DNA of 64,000 bases from an uncultured delta proteobacterium (GTDB lineage Bacteria; Desulfobacterota; Binatia; Binatales; Binataceae), in the NCBI GenBank assembly GCA_963782535.1, contig CAWAKE010000009.1, positions 408,610-472,609 on the forward strand. The letters run 5' to 3'. Within the stretch, counting starts at the first letter, position 1; every line of letters starts with the position of its first letter. The position numbers and the translations under genes were made by a program. Below, piece by piece: positions 62,634-64,000 of this stretch. Under the pieces are notes generated by a model. It was not told the origin of the DNA. It did no database searches and worked only from the letters and a program-made list of their open reading frames with translations.

Positions 62634-63881
62634 ATGAGATTTCGTCAAGGCACCGAATATCCGCAAGAGCTATCGCGCCGAACGTTCTTGAGGATTGCGA
62701 GCGGGATCACTGCCACCGGGATAATCGGTGCAACTGCGCTGCCGGCCTTCGCCGAGAAGCTGATTCATCTGCCGATCGAGAATGGCGTGCGGCGCCTCGG
62801 CCGCTTTCCGGAAAAAGGCGAGATGATCCTGTTGCGTACGCGGCCGCCGTTGCTGGAGACGCCGCTAGCCGTGTTCGACAAGGGAGTATTCACGCCTAAC
62901 GATCGGTTCTTCGTGCGCTGGCATTTGCCGGTTATCCCGACTTCGGTGGACGTCAAGACCTTCCGCCTCCGTGTGCACGGACACGTTAAGCAACCGGTCG
63001 AATTTACTCTCAATCAAATTCTCAGACAGTTCAAAGCGGTCGAACTCGCGGCCGTCAACCAGTGCTCCGGCAACAGCCGCGCCTACTTTTCCCCGCGTGT
63101 GGCTGGCGGTGAGTGGGGCAATGGCGCAATGGGCAACGCGATGTGGACCGGAATTCCATTGAAAGCGCTGCTCGAAAAGGCTGGAATACTGCCCGGCGCG
63201 GTGCAGGTCCGATTCAACGGCCTCGATTCCGGTGAAGTCTCAGCCACGCCCGACTTCATGAAGTCGCTAAGTATTGAACATGCGACAGATGGCCAGGTGA
63301 TGGCCGCCTATGGAATGAACGGGTCGCAGTTGCCGCTGCTCAATGGGTTTCCACTGCGGCTCGTGGTTCCCGGATGGTATTCCACCTACTGGGTCAAGAT
63401 GCTTACTGACATAGAAGTACTGGATAAGCCCGATGAAAACTTCTGGATGAGCAAGGCATACCGCATTCCGGATACGCCGGGCGGGATTATGAAGCCCGGG
63501 GAAAAAGACGTTAAGATGGTGCCTATCAACCGAATGGTGCCGCGTTCATTTATTACCAATCTGAAAGACGGCGAAAAGATCCATGTCGGCGCGTCAATAG
63601 AAGTCCGCGGAATAGCCTTTGGCGGCGACACGGGTCTCAAGGAAGTCGTATTTTCCTCTGACGGCGGAGTCAGTTGGCAGCCCGCGGCGCTTGGAAAAGA
63701 CTACGGCCGGTATAGTTTCCGTCGATGGCATTCGAGCTTCGTGGCGGCCAAGCCGGGTTATCGAACCCTGATGGTAAAGGCTACCAACAGCGACGGCCTT
63801 TCGCAGCCGGCAACGGCAGGCTGGAACCCCGGAGGCTATATGCGCAACGTTGTCGAACAGATAAAGGTCCGCGCGGCCTAG
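62634..63881 (+). CDS. sorA: Sulfite-oxidase-family molybdoenzyme, SorA-like, Tat-exported
   Basis: GGAGGAG RBS, Tat motif LSRRTFL, TPNDRFFVRWH, QCSGNSR (Mo-ligating Cys), GFPLRLVVPGWYSTYWVK, WNPGGYMRN. Confidence 0.85.
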   Translation: MRFRQGTEYPQELSRRTFLRIASGITATGIIGATALPAFAEKLIHLPIENGVRRLGRFPEKGEMILLRTRPPLLETPLAVFDKGVFTPNDRFFVRWHLPVIPTSVDVKTFRLRVHGHVKQPVEFTLNQILRQFKAVELAAVNQCSGNSRAYFSPRVAGGEWGNGAMGNAMWTGIPLKALLEKAGILPGAVQVRFNGLDSGEVSATPDFMKSLSIEHATDGQVMAAYGMNGSQLPLLNGFPLRLVVPGWYSTYWVKMLTDIEVLDKPDENFWMSKAYRIPDTPGGIMKPGEKDVKMVPINRMVPRSFITNLKDGEKIHVGASIEVRGIAFGGDTGLKEVVFSSDGGVSWQPAALGKDYGRYSFRRWHSSFVAAKPGYRTLMVKATNSDGLSQPATAGWNPGGYMRNVVEQIKVRAA

Positions 63882-63896
63882 ACGGAGATTTTATAT

Positions 63897-64000
63897 ATGA
63901 AACAAATGCATATCCGTATGATTGTGGCCGTCTTGCTCTTTGCTATCGGGTTTGCAGCTCAAACCAGCGAGGCGCGAGCCCAGACTTCGCCAGCGACAGG
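63897..64000 (+). CDS. Secreted protein, N-terminus only (possibly SorB cytochrome c)
   Basis: GGAG RBS and signal peptide MKQMHIRMIVAVLLFAIGFAAQTSEARAQ. The SorB identity is inferred only from position after sorA. Confidence 0.5.
   Translation, partial: MKQMHIRMIVAVLLFAIGFAAQTSEARAQTSPAT

Overview
GC-rich Gram-negative bacterial chromosome segment. The gene repertoire (many amidohydrolases, LLM oxidoreductase, tandem CoA-transferase, DUF1329) suggests Candidatus Binatota/Binataceae; this is inference only. All family calls come from motif recognition by eye, with no database searches. 1-27 kb: alpha-glucan/trehalose storage cluster (glgB, treS-mak, glgE, glgX, glgP, second glgX, USP) interrupted by tamAB. 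27-47 kb: DHA2 efflux pump, an intact IS1182 inserted at a stop codon, catabolic genes (including a frameshifted haloalkane dehalogenase), an orphan TadG/TadE/TadE cassette and a DUF4382 gene broken by an in-frame TAG. 47.1-49.8 kb: low-GC, decayed IS1-like element whose three cargo genes are intact and look like a toxin / HTH antitoxin / third-component module. 49.8-55.5 kb: operon for an SCP2-like protein plus two paralogous ferritin-like proteins, one with a complete di-iron ligand set and one that has lost it (candidate uncharacterised alpha/beta di-iron oxygenase), next to a TetR and a divergent D-aminoacylase-like gene. 57-60 kb: TetR-controlled redox unit with a probable selenoprotein (W-UGA-PYC plus SECIS-like hairpin, redoxin fused to a DsbD N-terminal-like domain) and a GST. 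60-64 kb: sulfur module (YeiH exporter, ArsR, two YeeE/YedE proteins, SorA-like molybdoenzyme, partial downstream secreted protein). No rRNA, tRNA or CRISPR array was seen.
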